Of a stretch of DNA of 64,000 nucleotides, positions 18,922-29,194 are shown one piece after another. The stretch comes from Syntrophorhabdaceae bacterium (GTDB lineage: Bacteria > Desulfobacterota > Syntrophorhabdia > Syntrophorhabdales > Syntrophorhabdaceae). Positions within the stretch are counted from its first letter, which is position 1; each line of letters opens with the position of its first letter. Location: positions 2,304,001-2,368,000 of the forward strand of contig OY762209.1 in assembly GCA_963665295.1 (NCBI GenBank), given 5' to 3'. The translations under genes and the position numbers were made by a program. The notes beneath the pieces were generated by a model. It was not told where the DNA came from. It saw nothing but the letters and a program-made list of their open reading frames with translations, and did not search any database.

Positions 18922-20883
18922 TTAGAGATAAAGCGGGTCGGCTTCTATTCGGAGGTCACGGATTTCGTAGAGTTTGAGAAGGGTCTCATAGAGCGGCTCA
19001 CCGGCGCCTTTGAGGATCATTCTCCATTGGTAGTGCTCCTTTTTCTGGAAGAGGGGGCCCGTGATACCGCCGCTCAGGCCCTCTTTATGGAGGAACTCCC
19101 TTATCTTGTCAACGGCTTTCAGGCCCGTCGCCTCTGTTTTCTTTTCCACTTCGATGAGAAAGAACCTCGTGAAAGGAGGGAATTCGGCGATCTTTCTCCG
19201 GGCCATCTCGTCCCCGCAGAATCCCGCCACATCGAGGAACAATGCGGGGTTGACCTTCTTCTTCCGTTCCATGCAGAAGTGCAGTTCTTCGGGGTTCAAG
19301 GTGTCGAGGAGGTGCATGAGAAGGTGGAACATCTTTTCGTGGGCCCTGTACCCGCTTATCCTTGCAAGTTCCTCCCAGCCCGTGAGGATAAGGCTCGCCA
19401 CGCCGATGCCATAGATGTTCGAGAGGGCCTGGGTGCCGACGATGACGAGGGGCGCGCCGGTCGGGACCTTTATGAGGGCCTCTATCTCCTTCCGTGGTGT
19501 GTCCCCGGTAACCCTTACGACAGGGACATGGGGAAAGAGTAACCGGACCTGCTCTTCGAGGTATTCGGCGCCCGCCCGGGAAAAACGGATGAGCTCGCTT
19601 CCGCATGCAGGGCATTTCTCCTCATAAGGCGCTTTTCTGCCGCATCCCGCGCAGATGAGGGTATCGGTGGACTTCTGATAGCTGAGTATCCCTCCGCACA
19701 GGGGGCAGGAAAAGGCGGTCTTGCATTCGAGGCACTCGATGTAGCTGCCGTAATCCTTCCGGGGGGTGTAGATGGCGATCCGTTCATTTCGCTCTATGGG
19801 CTGTTTCATGATTTCGATCAACTCGTCGGGAAGGCCGTGGTAGGAGGTGATGCCCTTCGCGAGGATCGTCTCGGAGTAATCCCGTGGCCCGGGAGCGGGC
19901 CCGCTCACGATGTTGAAGGTCCCGTCCTCCACCTCCTTCATAACTTCCATGGAGGGGGACGGGCTCCCGAGAACCGCGGGCACGCCCTCTATGGTGGCCC
20001 TGTGTGCAGCCACGGCAGCGGCATTGAAACTGAAATCCTTTTCGTTCCGGTAGTGGTCCTCCTCGTGCCTTTCCACTATGACGAGGCCCAGGTCTTTCAC
20101 GGGCAGAAAAACGGCGCTTTTGGTGCCGAGGAGCAGGTTGGCGCCCCCGTTCCTCAGCGTGAAGTATGTTTCCATCCGGGATTTTGCCTTTACCGCGGCG
20201 CCGTACCAGAACACTTGTCCGGGAAACCGTTGGAGAAAGGCGCGGGAGAAATAACTGCCCGTGCGGTAATAATCGGGGAGGAGCATGAGGACGTTCCTGC
20301 CACGGGCCAGTTGGTCCGATATGAGGGAGACATAATAGGCGAGACGGTCATCTATGCCGCCGATATAAAGCCTGTTATCCGTTTCGCCGCCGGTCGGACC
20401 TTCATCGGGCGAGGGCATGAAAGGGTGCTCTCCGAAGACATCGTGTACCGGGAGGAGGCCCGAATGGTATCGCTCAAAGAGTCCGTCCCTCCCTAAAGAG
20501 GCGATGGCCTTTTTCATGGGGACGCCGGGAAGGCCAAGCCCCTCATCCTCCATCCTGACGGTCAGGTATCTTTCGATATCTTTGTGCGGGGGAAGGGCGT
20601 ACTTCAGGACCAGGCCCATGGGCGTCACATAGTAGCGGGATGCCCAGCCTGTCAATTCCCGGAGGGTGTTTCCCACCAGGGGAAAGAGGTCGGCTACCTC
20701 CCGGATATCCTTGAGCCCTGCTTTGTCGCCCTCCCTGATATCCGTTACCACGCCGGTAAGGACCCTCATGCGGAAGGGCACGACGACCCGTGAGAAGGGC
20801 CTCACATAGGGATGCCATTTGGTGGGCACTGAATAGGAGAAGTTTTTTGCTACGGGTATCGGCAGCGCGACATCGACGATCAT
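18922..20883 (-). CDS. priA: Primosomal protein N' (PriA), helicase motifs degenerate
   Basis: 3'-binding domain (VDVALP...FSY..P...RVVVPF..R..TG...W..RYY), GTKSAVFLP..DLGLVIV, Zn region CLEC/CPLC/CAGC/CPAC, FPPF; coupled to murI. Confidence 0.85.
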   Translation of the reverse strand: MIVDVALPIPVAKNFSYSVPTKWHPYVRPFSRVVVPFRMRVLTGVVTDIREGDKAGLKDIREVADLFPLVGNTLRELTGWASRYYVTPMGLVLKYALPPHKDIERYLTVRMEDEGLGLPGVPMKKAIASLGRDGLFERYHSGLLPVHDVFGEHPFMPSPDEGPTGGETDNRLYIGGIDDRLAYYVSLISDQLARGRNVLMLLPDYYRTGSYFSRAFLQRFPGQVFWYGAAVKAKSRMETYFTLRNGGANLLLGTKSAVFLPVKDLGLVIVERHEEDHYRNEKDFSFNAAAVAAHRATIEGVPAVLGSPSPSMEVMKEVEDGTFNIVSGPAPGPRDYSETILAKGITSYHGLPDELIEIMKQPIERNERIAIYTPRKDYGSYIECLECKTAFSCPLCGGILSYQKSTDTLICAGCGRKAPYEEKCPACGSELIRFSRAGAEYLEEQVRLLFPHVPVVRVTGDTPRKEIEALIKVPTGAPLVIVGTQALSNIYGIGVASLILTGWEELARISGYRAHEKMFHLLMHLLDTLNPEELHFCMERKKKVNPALFLDVAGFCGDEMARRKIAEFPPFTRFFLIEVEKKTEATGLKAVDKIREFLHKEGLSGGITGPLFQKKEHYQWRMILKGAGEPLYETLLKLYEIRDLRIEADPLYL

Positions 20884-21704
20884 GAAGAGAGGAGAAACTC
20901 TTTGAAGTCGAGACTCTTGAGGAACTTTATGCGCGTGATCTCTTCCCCGAGAAACCGGCTGCCTATCTCCTTGAATGTATCGGGCGAGTCCGTGACGAAA
21001 TACTCGGAGCCTCCCCGGCCTGAATCGTTGATAATTCCCCTTGCTTCGAGGGTCTTTTTCACGTCCTTCGCGGTTTCTTTACCCGTGTTGACCACGGTGA
21101 CGTTCTTGCCCATCACTTTCGTGATCGCCCCTTCGAGAATGGGGTAATGGGTGCAGCCCATAACCAGGGTGTCGATGCCCGATTTCTTTATGTCCAGGAG
21201 ATATCTTTTCGATATGAGTTCCGCGATCCTGTCATTTTCGAGGCCTTCTTCTGCTATGGGCACAAACAGGGGGCATGGTGCGGACAGGACCGAGACCTGG
21301 GGGTCGTATTTCGTAATCGCCTTTTCATAGGCGCCGCTCCTCACCGTGGCCTTGGTGCCGATAACACCCACCTTTTTTGTCTTCGTGGTGCGCACCGCTT
21401 CCCGCGCTCCGGGGTCGATTACCCCGAGGACCGGAATGGGAAGCTTCTTCTTCAGGATGGGCAGCGCAAGGGCCGACGAGGTGTTGCACGCGATGACGAG
21501 TATCTTTACCCCCTTCGTGAGCATGAAGATGGCGCTTTCGAGGGCGTATCTGGTAACGGTATGGGGGGACTTGTTGCCGTAGGGAAGACGGGCCGTATCG
21601 CCCAGGTATATAATGTCTTCGTCGGGAAGGAGTCTCCTCACTTCCTTGAGGACCGTGAGGCCGCCTATACCCGAATCGAACATACCGATGGAGAGGTTTT
21701 TCAT
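20880..21704 (-). CDS. murI: Glutamate racemase
   Basis: FDSGIGGLTV, GDTARLPYG.KS, IACNT, MGCTHYP. Confidence 0.97.
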   Translation of the reverse strand: MKNLSIGMFDSGIGGLTVLKEVRRLLPDEDIIYLGDTARLPYGNKSPHTVTRYALESAIFMLTKGVKILVIACNTSSALALPILKKKLPIPVLGVIDPGAREAVRTTKTKKVGVIGTKATVRSGAYEKAITKYDPQVSVLSAPCPLFVPIAEEGLENDRIAELISKRYLLDIKKSGIDTLVMGCTHYPILEGAITKVMGKNVTVVNTGKETAKDVKKTLEARGIINDSGRGGSEYFVTDSPDTFKEIGSRFLGEEITRIKFLKSLDFKEFLLSS

Positions 21705-21710
21705 GGACAA

Positions 21711-21739
21711 AGGTTATTGTACATGGGGGCAAAAGTCAA
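21711..21739 (-). promoter_or_regulatory. sigma70-like promoter of murI-priA (leaderless geometry)
   Basis: Minus strand TTGACT, 17 bp, TAACCT, then 6 nt to ATG 21704; no SD. Confidence 0.55.
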
Positions 21740-21842
21740 GCGAATCCGGCCCCGTTCCCCCTTTCCGTCAAGACCGGGAAGAGGGAACGGGCCATAGGGG
21801 TTCCGGGGCACGCCCCGGGACCGTGGCGCGGGCGGGGCGGCC

Positions 21843-22820
21843 CTATTTCAGGAGGCCCAGGCTCCCGCGCACCTCATCCATGGTCTCCCGGGCGATGACG
21901 CGGCACTCCTCGGCGCCCTTCTTCAGAACATCCATCACGTAATCCGTGTCCGCAGTGAGACGGGCGGCCTTTTCCTGTATGGGGGCGAATTCCGCCCACA
22001 TGTTCTTGAAGAGCATCTTCTTGCAGTCGATGCACCCTATGGAGGCGGTGCGGCAGCCCTTTTCCACTTCCATGCGCACATCTTCGCCTGAAAAGGCGCG
22101 GTGTATGGTGTATATGTTGCAGATATCCGGATTGCCCGTATCCTTTCGCCTCACCCTGTTTACGTCCGTTACCGCGGTGCGGAGTTTTTCCCACATGGCC
22201 GCTTCGTCTTCGAGGATGGCGATGTAATTTCCCATGGTCTTCGACATCTTTCCCGCGCCGTCTACGCCGAGAATCCTCGGCGCCATGGAGAGTATGACCT
22301 GGGGTTCGGGAAAGAGGACGCCGAACCTGTTGTTGAATTTCCGGGCCACTTCCCTGCACAATTCCACATGCTGCACCTGGTCCTCACCCACGGGAACGAA
22401 TCCGGCTTTGTAAAGGAGGATGTCGGCGGCCTGCAGGACGGGGTAATCCATGAGTCCTATGTTGATGTTGGCTTTGTGCTGTTTTGACTTGTCCTTGAAC
22501 TGGGTCATTCTTTCAAGGTCTCCGATGGGCGTGACGCAGTTGAATATCCACGCGAGTTCCGTGTGCTCCCGCACGTGGGACTGGACGAATATCTTACATT
22601 TCTCGGGCGACAGGCCGCAGGCGAGAAGGACGACCGCGGTTTCGAGGGTTCTCTTCTTCATCTCCTCGATGGGGTATTCGACCGTGATGGCGTGGTAGTC
22701 GACTGCGCAGAAAACGCAGTCGTATGTCTCGGTGAGGGTTACCCATTGTCTTATGGCGCCCACGTAGTTGCCTATGTGTATGTCGCCTGTAGGCTGTATG
22801 CCGCTAAAAATTCTCTGCAT
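21843..22820 (-). CDS. trpS: Tryptophan--tRNA ligase
   Basis: SGIQPTG.IHIGNY (HIGH), YPVLQAADIL, VPVGEDQ, KMSKT; GGAGGA RBS before ATG 22820. Confidence 0.97.
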   Translation of the reverse strand: MQRIFSGIQPTGDIHIGNYVGAIRQWVTLTETYDCVFCAVDYHAITVEYPIEEMKKRTLETAVVLLACGLSPEKCKIFVQSHVREHTELAWIFNCVTPIGDLERMTQFKDKSKQHKANINIGLMDYPVLQAADILLYKAGFVPVGEDQVQHVELCREVARKFNNRFGVLFPEPQVILSMAPRILGVDGAGKMSKTMGNYIAILEDEAAMWEKLRTAVTDVNRVRRKDTGNPDICNIYTIHRAFSGEDVRMEVEKGCRTASIGCIDCKKMLFKNMWAEFAPIQEKAARLTADTDYVMDVLKKGAEECRVIARETMDEVRGSLGLLK

Positions 22821-22984
22821 TATATCCTCCACTCCGGTGATGGTGTAATCTACACCGAAAAGACACATTAAATCAATAGAACGACGCGCCTTTTGTATCC
22901 CGTGCGGCGTTTATTCCTCTCTGATTTCAATAGGGGGCCCCTTGAAAACCCCATGGAAAATGTGTTATTTTACATACAATTTGC

Positions 22985-23013
22985 TTGACAATCAGTGGTT
23001 GGAATAATATAGT
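22985..23013 (+). promoter_or_regulatory. sigma70-like promoter of the GntR gene
   Basis: TTGACA, 17 bp, TATAGT. Confidence 0.6.
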
Positions 23014-23042
23014 AAATCGTGTATTTACACGAAGAGGAGATT

Positions 23043-23741
23043 ATGGATTATCAGGGTGACAAAGATTTATTGAAAAAGGACAAGTTCTTGAGGGAACAGG
23101 TTTACAAGCGCCTGAAAGACAACGTCCTGGATGGGCACTGGCAGCCGAACACGCGTCTTGTCGAGGAAAAACTTGCGGCGGACATGGGGACAAGCAGGAC
23201 GCCTGTGAGAGAGGCTATTCAGAAACTCGAAAAAGAGGGTTTGATCCGGAAGCTTCCCAAGGGCGGTTTCGCAGTCGGGGCAGTCACATCAGAGGAAGTG
23301 GAAGAGGTTTTCGGCATCCGTGGCGTGGTCGAAACGTACGCCGCGTTTCTTGCGGCCTCGAGGGCGACGGACCAGGATATAAGCGCCCTGGAGGAGATCG
23401 TCAAGCAGGAGGAAGCGTGCCTGAAAACAGGGGATGTGGACGAGCTTGTCAGGCTGAACACTCTTTTCCACGATACACTTTACAGGACTGCCAGGAGTGA
23501 AAAGCTCCTTGCCGTCATCAACGAGTTGAGGGATTTCATCCATCGTTACAGGGTCATTTGCTTTACCAACGAAAAGATGGCCGAAACAGCCGTTTTCGAC
23601 CACAAGTCGATGATAGCGGCCATGAAGGCGGATAATCCCCGGCAGGTACAGAAGACGGTGCAGAAATTTTTCGTGAGGGCAAAAGCCTTTATAAAGAAAA
23701 GGATCAGACAGCGGCCAAAGAGAAGGACTGCCAAAGTATAA
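23043..23741 (+). CDS. GntR/FCD family transcriptional regulator
   Basis: wHTH LAADMGTSRTPVREAIQKLEKEGL; FCD domain with N..FH and H..M. Confidence 0.93.
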   Translation: MDYQGDKDLLKKDKFLREQVYKRLKDNVLDGHWQPNTRLVEEKLAADMGTSRTPVREAIQKLEKEGLIRKLPKGGFAVGAVTSEEVEEVFGIRGVVETYAAFLAASRATDQDISALEEIVKQEEACLKTGDVDELVRLNTLFHDTLYRTARSEKLLAVINELRDFIHRYRVICFTNEKMAETAVFDHKSMIAAMKADNPRQVQKTVQKFFVRAKAFIKKRIRQRPKRRTAKV

Positions 23742-23781
23742 CGCTTCCTATGGTATTATTGCCTTTCCCGCGCCCGGCGCT

Positions 23782-24711
23782 TCAGCGCCCCTCTATGCGC
23801 TGACAGGAGACTTCGCCCGCCCTTCCCTCAACGTGACCGTAGACGATCTCCGAGGAGGGTGTTTCGTGCCTGCTCCTTAATTCGGTGGCGATATCGATGA
23901 GAGGGGAGTATGTATAGCCCTGTTCCAGGGTCTTTTGGATAAAAGACTCGAGGAAGCCCGTCCAATGCTTCCCTTCAAGCTCCGTGTGGACCGTGAGAAT
24001 ATTGAGCCCTCCCGTAAGGAGAGAGAAGAAATAATCCCGTAAAGCTGTCTGGTCCGTCCCTGCTATGCCCACTGTCTCGTCCAGGGTGGGGAGGGTGCTC
24101 GGGACCTGGAGGGTCTTGAATCTTTCGCCTGCCAGCACAGGAAGGAAAGGGTAGAAACCCCGGGTGTCGCTCGTATATACGAGCCCTTTTGCGTCGAAAT
24201 AGCGGATTGCGTGGGTGTTGATCATCCACCCCGGAGCCGCGAAGGACAGGGGGGACTTCCCGAGAGCTTCTTTGTACGCGGTGAACGCCCGGTCAAGCTC
24301 CTTTTCCGTCCGTTCCCTGCCTAAGTGCTTGATGTGGTCGTGCCAGTAAACGTGGTCAAGGCCATGGATACCCGCCTCGTGACCTTCCGCCGTTATACGC
24401 TCAAGGATGGAGCGATTCTTCGGGCCTATCTCGGGGCCCGGCAGGATGAGGCCGTACATGAGGGTCTTTATGCCGTAGGTGCTGAGCACCCCCACCCTTC
24501 CGGCCTTCTTGAGGAATCCTTTTCTGGTGAATACCCTCTTTACGGTCCGTCCCGTATGGTCCTTGCCCATGGGCACGAAAAAGCTTGCCCTTACGCCGTA
24601 TTTCTTGAAGAGGGCAAGGAGGACGGGGACGCCCTTCTTCATGCCCTGGTCCGTGTCTACGTCTACCTTGACCCCGATTACCTTATTCCATGTCGCCTTA
24701 TTCATTTGCAT
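23782..24711 (-). CDS. arnD: ArnD-like deformylase (polysaccharide deacetylase family)
   Basis: KVDVDT..G...GVP, ASFF..G.D.TGR, HGLDHVYWHD, AAPGW, TLPTLDE, HTELEG; arn gene context. Confidence 0.85.
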   Translation of the reverse strand: MQMNKATWNKVIGVKVDVDTDQGMKKGVPVLLALFKKYGVRASFFVPMGKDHTGRTVKRVFTRKGFLKKAGRVGVLSTYGIKTLMYGLILPGPEIGPKNRSILERITAEGHEAGIHGLDHVYWHDHIKHLGRERTEKELDRAFTAYKEALGKSPLSFAAPGWMINTHAIRYFDAKGLVYTSDTRGFYPFLPVLAGERFKTLQVPSTLPTLDETVGIAGTDQTALRDYFFSLLTGGLNILTVHTELEGKHWTGFLESFIQKTLEQGYTYSPLIDIATELRSRHETPSSEIVYGHVEGRAGEVSCQRIEGR

Positions 24712-24751
24712 ATTCTCTCGCCCTTTAAGAAGGCGGCATGTCCCTGCGGCC

Positions 24752-25789
24752 CTAACAACTTACCTTCAGGTTCGATTCGAGGTAATATTCAAGGGTCTTC
24801 CTGAGGGCCGTATCGAGATCGACCTTCGGCTCCCAGCCGATCACTTCCTTCGCCTTCTTTATGGACGGAACCCTGCGGTCGATATCCTGGTAACCTTCGC
24901 CGTAAAACTCTTTGGAATAGACCTCCACGATATCGGAATACTTCTTGTAATCACGGGTGCCCGGGTGGGCCATGAAAAGGGCCTTCAGCTTCTCGGCGAG
25001 TTCCTTTACCGTGGCTTCGTTCGACGGGTTGCCTATGTTGAATATCTGGCCGTCGCACAAACCGTCCCGGTTCTCGATGATCTTGAGGAGGCAATCAAGG
25101 CCGTCATCGATATAGGTGAAGCATCTTTTCTGCAGACCGCCATCCACGAGCCTCAACGGCTCCCCCAGGAGGAGGCTGCTGATAAACTGGGTCACGACTC
25201 TCGAACTGCCCTCTTTTTCCGTGTCGGTTATGAGTTCGTCGAGCTTCGGGCCTATCCAGTTGAAAGGTCTGAAAAGGGTGAATCTCAGGCCCCGCTGAAA
25301 ACCGTACGCCCAGATGACCCTGTCGAGAAGCTGCTTGGAGGAACTGTAGATCCACCGGTTCATCCTGATGGGACCTGTGACGAGGGGGCTTTCATCTTCG
25401 TCGAACTCGCCGTCGGGGCACATGCCGTACACTTCGGACGTGGAGGGGAAAAGGAGCTTTTTGTCGTATTTCAGGCAGAGCCTCACGATCTTCAGGTTCT
25501 GCTCGAAGTCGAGTTCAAAGACCTTGAGGGGTTCCTTCACGTAGGTCGCGGGGGTCGCGATCGCGACGAGGGGCATGACCACGTCACACTTCTTCACATT
25601 GTATTCTATCCACTCCCTGTTGATCGATATATCGCCCTCGACGAAGTGAAACCTGTCATTTCCGAGACAGGTATCGAGCTTGTCGTTTCTGATGTCCATG
25701 CCGTAAATCTCCCAGTCCGTCTCGCTCAAAATGCGCGCGGTGAGGCTGTTCCCGATGAATCCGTTTACCCCGAGTATCAATATTCTCAA
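24752..25789 (-). CDS. arnA: UDP-glucuronic acid oxidase/decarboxylase (ArnA C-terminal domain as a separate gene)
   Basis: [53 protein letters not shown] start. Confidence 0.93.
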   Translation of the reverse strand: MRILILGVNGFIGNSLTARILSETDWEIYGMDIRNDKLDTCLGNDRFHFVEGDISINREWIEYNVKKCDVVMPLVAIATPATYVKEPLKVFELDFEQNLKIVRLCLKYDKKLLFPSTSEVYGMCPDGEFDEDESPLVTGPIRMNRWIYSSSKQLLDRVIWAYGFQRGLRFTLFRPFNWIGPKLDELITDTEKEGSSRVVTQFISSLLLGEPLRLVDGGLQKRCFTYIDDGLDCLLKIIENRDGLCDGQIFNIGNPSNEATVKELAEKLKALFMAHPGTRDYKKYSDIVEVYSKEFYGEGYQDIDRRVPSIKKAKEVIGWEPKVDLDTALRKTLEYYLESNLKVSC

Positions 25790-25792
25790 GTG

Positions 25793-26722
25793 TTACCTCC
25801 CAAGTCGTCTGTTTTTTAATTTATAGAGAGCAGCAAAGGCTTCGCCGCTTGTTTCCTCTTCGCCTTCGCGTTGCACCGTCACCAGTCGCAACGCGCCGCC
25901 GCCCGCGTTCACGAGAAAAGGTTTTTCCGAAAGGACCGCACCTTCTTCCGCATCGGGGGCGACCTCTACCGAAGGCTCGGTTTCGGTCCACCAGACGTAG
26001 AGCTTCGCGCCGTCGAGATAGGTAAAGGCCCCCGGATAAGGATGGGTGACTGCCCTTACGAGGTTGTAAACAGCGCGGGCATCCCTATCCCAGAAGATGC
26101 GCCCGTCTTCGGGCTTTCTCCCTCCGAAATACGAGGAAGGGCCGAGGTCCGATTGGCGTATGGGGGTAAAAGTCCCGTCTCCCAGGGCAGGGAGTATATC
26201 CCTCATGAGGGGCCGCGCCTCTTTTATCATCTTCAAAAACAGGGTGTGGGCCGTGTCCCGGGGGGAAATATCTATAGCCCGCCTGGCGATGATGTCACCC
26301 GTGTCGGGCTTTTCCTCCATGACATGGAGGGTGAGGCCGGTTTCCGTCTCCCCTGCGATGAGCACCCAGTTTACCGGGCATCTCCCCCTGTATCGGGGCA
26401 AAAGCGACCCGTGAAGGTTGAACGCGCCCGTCCGGGGAATATCCAGTATTGCTTTGGGTATAAGGTTCCGGTAGTAGAAAGAAAAAATCACATCCGGTGA
26501 GAGGTCCTTTATAAGCTGCGTCCAATGGGGGTCCTTGAGGGACTCGGGCGTGTAGACAGGGATGCCGCGCTCTTTTGCCAGAGCCGCAGGGGTCTTGAAC
26601 CATACCTCTTCGCCGGGGTCGTCTTCGTGAGTGAAGAGGCAGGACACCTCCGCCCCGAAAGCGAGAAGCTCCGCGAGACATTCATAGCCGATCTCGTGAT
26701 AGGCAAAGACTACTGTCCTCAC
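25793..26722 (-). CDS. UDP-L-Ara4N formyltransferase (ArnA N-terminal domain as a separate gene)
   Basis: GTG 26722 overlaps the arnC stop; VVFAYHEIG, THEDDP.E..WF, FSFYYR, NLHGSLLPRYRGRCPVNW; the longer 27391 start in the track overlaps arnC and is spurious. Confidence 0.92.
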   Translation of the reverse strand: MRTVVFAYHEIGYECLAELLAFGAEVSCLFTHEDDPGEEVWFKTPAALAKERGIPVYTPESLKDPHWTQLIKDLSPDVIFSFYYRNLIPKAILDIPRTGAFNLHGSLLPRYRGRCPVNWVLIAGETETGLTLHVMEEKPDTGDIIARRAIDISPRDTAHTLFLKMIKEARPLMRDILPALGDGTFTPIRQSDLGPSSYFGGRKPEDGRIFWDRDARAVYNLVRAVTHPYPGAFTYLDGAKLYVWWTETEPSVEVAPDAEEGAVLSEKPFLVNAGGGALRLVTVQREGEEETSGEAFAALYKLKNRRLGR

Positions 26723-27648
26723 GACAATTCCTTCTTCACGATAAATCTGGGACGCCGCCTCACTTCCTGATAAATCCTTCCCACATATTCCCCGATAATG
26801 CCGAGGGCGAATATCTGAACGCCCATGAAGAAGAATACGATGGCAAAGAGGGTAAATGCGCCCTGGACTTCGGGGCCTACAATGAGCCTTCTCACGCCGA
26901 GGAAGAAAGCGAAGGCGAGACCGAGAAAGGCGATGATGATCCCCAGGATGCCTATGAACTGGATAGGCAGGAGGGAGAAATTTGTCATAAGGTCGAAGTT
27001 GAGTCGCAGGAGCTTGAAGGGGCTGTATTTTGAAGTCCCCCGTTTTCTCTCCTCGTGACCCACGGGGATCTCGATAATCCGTTTTGCGAAGGTGTTGGCC
27101 AGGGCAGGGATGAAACTGGACGATTCGGGGCACATGTTGATGTAGTCTATGATGTTTCTCCGATATGCCCTGAGCATGCAGCCGTAGTCTCTCAGTTTCA
27201 CGCCCACGAGCCGGGAAGTGATCTTGTTCACCACGAAAGAGGGGAGCGTGCGGAGGAACGAGTCCTTGCGGTCTTTCCGGTACGAGCCCACTACCTCGTA
27301 CCCTTCCTCCATGGTGGCCACGAGTCTCGGTATTTCTTCGGGAGGGTTCTGGAGGTCCGCGTCTATGGTGACGATAATCTCGCCCTTGCACGCCTCAAAG
27401 CCTGCAAAGAGGGCCATGTGCTGGCCGTAGTTACGGTTGAACTCAATTATCCTTACCGTAGCGTGACGTTTATGGAAGTCTTCTAGCATGACCTCCGTAT
27501 TGTCCGTGCTGCCATCGTTTATGTAGATAATTTCATAGGATTTTCCGAGGCTTTCAAGGGTCTTGTGAATCCTTGTGTGCAATTCCTCGAGGGATTCCTG
27601 TTCATTCAGGACGGGTATCAACACGGAAATATAGGGCCTATCTTCCAT
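26719..27648 (-). CDS. arnC: Undecaprenyl-phosphate L-Ara4FN transferase (GT2)
   Basis: IPVLNE, NDGSTD, NRNYGQH, DADLQNPPEEIP, DYGCMLRAYRR; two C-terminal TMs. Confidence 0.92.
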   Translation of the reverse strand: MEDRPYISVLIPVLNEQESLEELHTRIHKTLESLGKSYEIIYINDGSTDNTEVMLEDFHKRHATVRIIEFNRNYGQHMALFAGFEACKGEIIVTIDADLQNPPEEIPRLVATMEEGYEVVGSYRKDRKDSFLRTLPSFVVNKITSRLVGVKLRDYGCMLRAYRRNIIDYINMCPESSSFIPALANTFAKRIIEIPVGHEERKRGTSKYSPFKLLRLNFDLMTNFSLLPIQFIGILGIIIAFLGLAFAFFLGVRRLIVGPEVQGAFTLFAIVFFFMGVQIFALGIIGEYVGRIYQEVRRRPRFIVKKELS

Positions 27649-29194
27649 TTTTCCTCACATAGAAGGTGTAGTATTCTTTTTCGTAACGCGCCTTGCCCAC
27701 AGGAGTGAACCGGGCGTCCAGATCTTTTTGAAGATGTCGGGACGGACCATCTTCAATGATGAGTAGTATATCACTTTTGTCGTCTTTTATCTTCTTTATG
27801 TCCATAAACGTCTGTATCGGTTTGCCTGCGTAATAGATGATGCCTGCCGAACTGAACCCGTAGGTGTATACGTCAGCCGTTGCCAGCCGGCCTTTCAGGG
27901 GGTCCGTGAGCAGGCGGGGCGATTTGAAGGTCCGGTCCATGAGGGGCATATAGTAGGCGCCGTAAAAGACCCCTGCCGTCGTAAGATAGACAATGAGGGA
28001 TATGAGGGCGTTCCTTTCCGATTTCCTGAAGAGCATGAAAAAGAAGGAGCCTCCTGCCATGACCATGATTGCCACATACACGTAGAGGGCCCGTGGGCCG
28101 TCCCTGAAAGCAGCCACAGTCTGGTTGGAAACCGTAAAGAGGGCGACCACCGCGGCTATGGGAAGCAGGGTGAGGATCAGGGCGAATATCCTGAGCAGGG
28201 ACCCTGTCACGGCCCGGTCCGCAAGGCTCGACCACTTGTCCCTGATATAGAACCCGGTGAGCAGGGCGCACGCGGGGTAACACGAGAGCAGGTAGATGGC
28301 GCGCTTGCTCGTGGAGAACTCGAAGAACAAGAAGATAAAGGCGAACCATATGAAGGGCAGCCAATATTTCCGTTTTGCCGCGTGGTACGTTGCGAAGGGC
28401 AGGAAGATGCTCCAGGGCAGGAAATTGAGAAAAAGTTTATGAAAATAATAGGTGAAAGATTCGAGGTGGTCGAAGGCGTTGGTATAGCGGGTCACGTTCT
28501 GCCTTAAGATGAATTCCTTTATATAGGCGTCGCCCGCGAGAAGAAACCATATGGAAGCTATCGCGCCGGAGAGAAGGCATCCGAGGACGAGGGGCAGAAA
28601 ATACCTTTTGGTCTGCTTGTTCACCATCATGTAGATGAATATGATGCCCGCAGGGAGCACGAGACCTGCCGGGCCTTTTGTCAGGATCGCGAGGGCGGAG
28701 GGAAAAAAGGCAAGGACGAAGTACCACCTTTTGTCTCTCCTTAGCGCCAGGTACGCGAAGACGATGGTGAGTCCCATGAAGGAGGCGAAGGTCATGTCCA
28801 TTACGGACTCCCGCGCATTGGAGAGGAACTGGTAATTGGTGGCGAGGATCACGGCCGCGAGAAACCCCGCCCAGGAGTCGAGGAGTACGGTCCCCACAAG
28901 GAAGGTGGCAAATACGAGGGCTGTTGCGGCGAGTGCCGACGGGACCCTTGAGGCAAACTCGTTGAGGGAGCCCGTCACTTTCGACGCAACAATGATCATC
29001 CATGAATAGAAAGGCGGTTTTTCGAGGTAAGGTTTTCCGTTCAAATAGGGGTGGATATAATCGTGGCGGTCCGCCATCTCCCGCGCCATGACTGCCTGCC
29101 TCGGCTCATCAGGGTCCCAGAGCGCAATGCTCCCCAGGCTTTGAAAAAATAACAGACCGGACAGAATTATGAGCATCAATACTTTTGTTTTCAT
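27638..29194 (-). CDS. arnT: ArnT-family (GT-C) lipid A L-Ara4N transferase
   Basis: WDPDEPR..AREM, YLEKPP, LTKGP, F..H....YY, K...YLL; polytopic membrane protein heading the arn cluster. Confidence 0.85.
   Translation of the reverse strand: MKTKVLMLIILSGLLFFQSLGSIALWDPDEPRQAVMAREMADRHDYIHPYLNGKPYLEKPPFYSWMIIVASKVTGSLNEFASRVPSALAATALVFATFLVGTVLLDSWAGFLAAVILATNYQFLSNARESVMDMTFASFMGLTIVFAYLALRRDKRWYFVLAFFPSALAILTKGPAGLVLPAGIIFIYMMVNKQTKRYFLPLVLGCLLSGAIASIWFLLAGDAYIKEFILRQNVTRYTNAFDHLESFTYYFHKLFLNFLPWSIFLPFATYHAAKRKYWLPFIWFAFIFLFFEFSTSKRAIYLLSCYPACALLTGFYIRDKWSSLADRAVTGSLLRIFALILTLLPIAAVVALFTVSNQTVAAFRDGPRALYVYVAIMVMAGGSFFFMLFRKSERNALISLIVYLTTAGVFYGAYYMPLMDRTFKSPRLLTDPLKGRLATADVYTYGFSSAGIIYYAGKPIQTFMDIKKIKDDKSDILLIIEDGPSRHLQKDLDARFTPVGKARYEKEYYTFYVRKNGR

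Noticed and set aside
22821..23018. T-box leader for trpS
   Set aside because: The region is short, shared with the divergent GntR promoter, and lacks the T-box consensus.
25793..27391. 532-aa ORF as a long formyltransferase fusion
   Set aside because: The first ~220 codons overlap arnC in another frame. The real start is the GTG at 26722 coupled to the arnC stop.
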